Below are positions 61,204 through 64,000 of a stretch of 64,000 nt of DNA, piece by piece. Position 1 is the stretch's first letter. The number at the start of each line of letters is the position of its first letter. Position numbers and translations under genes: made by a program. The notes beneath the pieces were generated by a model that ran no database searches, was not told the origin of the DNA, and was given only the letters and a program-made list of their open reading frames with translations. This DNA comes from Yuukianura sp. NJ FZ-2021 (taxonomy: Eukaryota), in contig CM102286.1 of assembly GCA_046563655.1 (NCBI GenBank), forward strand, positions 9,672,001 to 9,736,000, written 5' to 3'.

Positions 61204-62060
61204 CAGAGGTGGTAGCCTGCAACTATTTTCCCCAACCTGCCCCGCCTGCACTGCAGGAATTTTTAGCCTGCACGCCTGCAGCCTGCAAAATTGTCGAAAA
61301 TCGGCAGCCTGCACGCCTGCACCTGCAAGGCTCTTTGGCAGGCCAGCCTGCAGCCTGCGCAGGCTGCCTGCAGTTAGCCTGCAATTTTTTTATACGAACT
61401 GTAATCTGCGAAAATTTTAATATACACTTACAACTACTGCGTAGATTCGTTTGCGTATAATGGCAATTACTCAATCACCCTCGATTATCTGTCGGTTGTC
61501 CTTTCCAAACACGTCGGGAGAAAAATTCCTAGTAATAAACTGTTTTACGACACTGCTACCTTACTTTTAACTTTTGGTTTGTTTAACTTTTAAAAATTCT
61601 TGATCCTTGCATATAAAAAAATCCGCAAAAGTTATACTGTCAAATCTTGCGTTGTCTACACGTGCAAGTGTAACGCCAACGTTACTTAACCATATTTCTT
61701 CTGCCTCCGGATTCATTATTTATTGTTTAAAAGCCCTATAGTGCAACTAATGTGCAGCAAAAGTTTGCATAGTTCAATTGACTTTAATTCTTCAACATTC
61801 CAAAGTAATTTTTCTATTCGTTTCTATCTTTTCTTGAAGTTTCTGAGAATAAAACGCTCAAAAAATCACAACCCGCAGCCTGCAGGCCAAATGCAGGCGC
61901 CTGCAGAGCATTGCAGGCTGAACCCGCCCGCCTGCAACATTTCCAAATAAAAACCTGCACGCCTGCAGCCTGCAAAAATCCACCGCAGGTTGAGCCCGCC
62001 TGCACGGGCTGCAGGTTGGCCTGCAACCTGCGCAGGTTTACCTGCAGGCTACCACCTCTG
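61204..62060. mobile_element. Non-autonomous hAT element, 857 bp
   Basis: Perfect TIR CAGAGGTGGTAGCCTGCA, perfect 8-bp TSD GTAGGGTA (61196-61203 / 62061-62068), many subterminal GCCTGCA motifs. Confidence 0.92.
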
Positions 62061-64000
62061 GTAGGGTATTGTGGATTGTTTACTTAAGGAGAGTTTCTGC
62101 ATTGGCGGAAATTAAAATGAATACCGGGAATTTTTAAAAATTAAAACCTCAATGATTTTACTCTTAAATATTAAGAAGAAAATAGAGTTGAAGAATCCTC
62201 TTGGGGAAACAGAAAATAAAAGAAGCAATAGTTTGGATTCACATTCGATAAAAAAAATTAGAATTCAATTTCTTTCTTGAAATTTGAGTTAATTTTGTTA
62301 AAAAAATTGGATTGAGGTCCGACTGTATTGCCGAGGCTGGGTGAGGGGCGGAACTCCCAGACGCAATCCCCCTACTGCCCGACACGAAGGCTTTTGGCTG
62401 CTGAGTTTCCCCCCTGGCCCGGTTCGCCTTTCCTTAGCAAACCTGGATGCATGAGACTCCTCCCACACACCCATATTGATGCCAGGCTTAGATGGGACGC
62501 CCAGTCAACGTCACCAACCTCCCACCCAGAGCCCCCCAGCTCAAGCCATCCACTCACTCCGGCCTCCCAGACACTGGATTACAGGAGCACGCCACCACTC
62601 CCAGCCAAGGGAAACGCAGAAAATAGACAAACTTATACCTAGGACACGGCTTCGATTCCAGCAGGCCGCATTCTTTTTATTTCTTTTTTACTATAATTAT
62701 AGTCCACATTGTCCATTTTTCAATCGGTTATGAATCAAATTGATGAAATTATTTTATTTCAGAAGTAAATTTGACCTTTTGTAGTAAGAAAATTAGCCAG
62801 GAATAAGTTAACCAAACCTCGAAGTATTTTTGTTGTTACCGTAAGGGTTCTGAAGTGTGCGGGTGTGTATTATTCCATGCAGACGTAATTTTGTAATCTT
62901 AGTATTTGTTACTGACTGGCGACGTAAATGCTTTATTACATTAAATTTTTGAAATTTGAAATAATTATGCTTTTTATTTCTTTTTGAATAAGGTAAGGTA
63001 AACGTTAACTCAGCTTTTGAAATTCTCTCTGATCTTTTTTCGTTCTTTGAAAGGAATTCAACTGGAGCATATACAGTTTTCATTAACATTGACTTGTATA
63101 ACGAGACGTTTGCAGTGAGTGTACTTTCTTGATTTATTGCTTTTTAAATTAAAAATGCTTTTGCTTAAAATGTTGCGCAGGTATACATCATCTTTTAACT
63201 CCACATCGTACTGATTGAAAGTTTCAAGCATTTTGTGATGTGGTGGTACCGCAGCCTGCATATTATCAATGATATCATGCGGATATAATTGTTTTATTTA
63301 TCTAACATGAGAGGAATAGGCATAACGATTATTCGATTCTCGGGTTCATATTAGACCTTTTACGGTAAACTTTTTGTTTCAAAGTTGAGAGAGGAAATGC
63401 TCGACAGTTCCGCGAGAGATGGCAGTAGTGCCCCGTCATTCCAAACAATATGACGCTTCAAAGTTAACAACTCAAACAAAATTATTTAACTCACTTCCGA
63501 ATCCGATCCGATTCTCGTCGTCGGTGGATTCATGTCGTAAATTGGCTGGCAATAAAGAATGGGTTAATTTGACTCATGTAACGTTATAAACCTGTAACAA
63601 CGTGGGGTTTTAGCCAACGCGAGTAATTAGCGATGCTATTTTTGTAAGGTTAACAGTAAGTTACTGTCAGTAACACGCGGACAGTCGTAGAAATTTTAAA
63701 CGTAAAGACAAAGTAATTCTGAAACTGTGACCTTCTGATTTTGAATTGTTTATGCAATCAAGCTTTCATAAGTTATGAATCATAACACGCGTTGTGTATA
63801 TATCTGAAAAAAAAACATTCACGATATTATTTTGTTGTTCTTTAGGAAACTTATTCAAGTTAGGAATTAAGTTTTCCTAGCCCGTTCTGGCAGTTTGCCC
63901 AAAAAATTTGACGGTTAATTGCTTCCGTCAAAAGATTTGCAGACGGACGAGGACGTGACTAACTTGACCTTTCTTTCAAAAATTTATCATCGTCATCTCC

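Noticed and set aside
62808..63533. Broken - strand ORFs with a possible first exon
   Set aside because: No recognisable motif, with stops and frameshifts; cannot assign a product.

Overview
AT-rich, intron-rich eukaryotic DNA from an arthropod. TTAGG-type repeats, a Beat-family Ig gene, an intronless divergent ionotropic receptor and a CLIP protease point that way; a springtail-like basal hexapod is only a guess. There are two 100-N scaffold gaps (28844-28943, 38363-38462). Host genes, left to right: a Beat-like Ig-superfamily gene (- strand) whose 16-kb first intron holds an antisense cytochrome P450; a divergent ionotropic receptor; the Ca2+-binding mitochondrial carrier SCaMC; a ZNF236-like multi-zinc-finger gene; an orphan cNMP-binding-domain fragment; and a CLIP serine protease with two disabling lesions. 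Transposons are abundant: CACTA, pogo, Tc1, hAT and P-like derivatives, DINE-1/Helentron-like pieces, a 5'-truncated CRE-clade LINE and a 2.4-kb foldback. The standout is the 3' end of an env-bearing LTR retrotransposon (28944-31957). Between env and the polypurine tract it carries an intact extra gene, with its own splice acceptor, encoding an apparently catalytically dead Rrp6/RNase D-like (DEDDy exonuclease + HRDC-like) protein. This is a candidate retroelement-encoded antagonist of host RNA surveillance. All homology calls are by eye and from memory; no searches were run.
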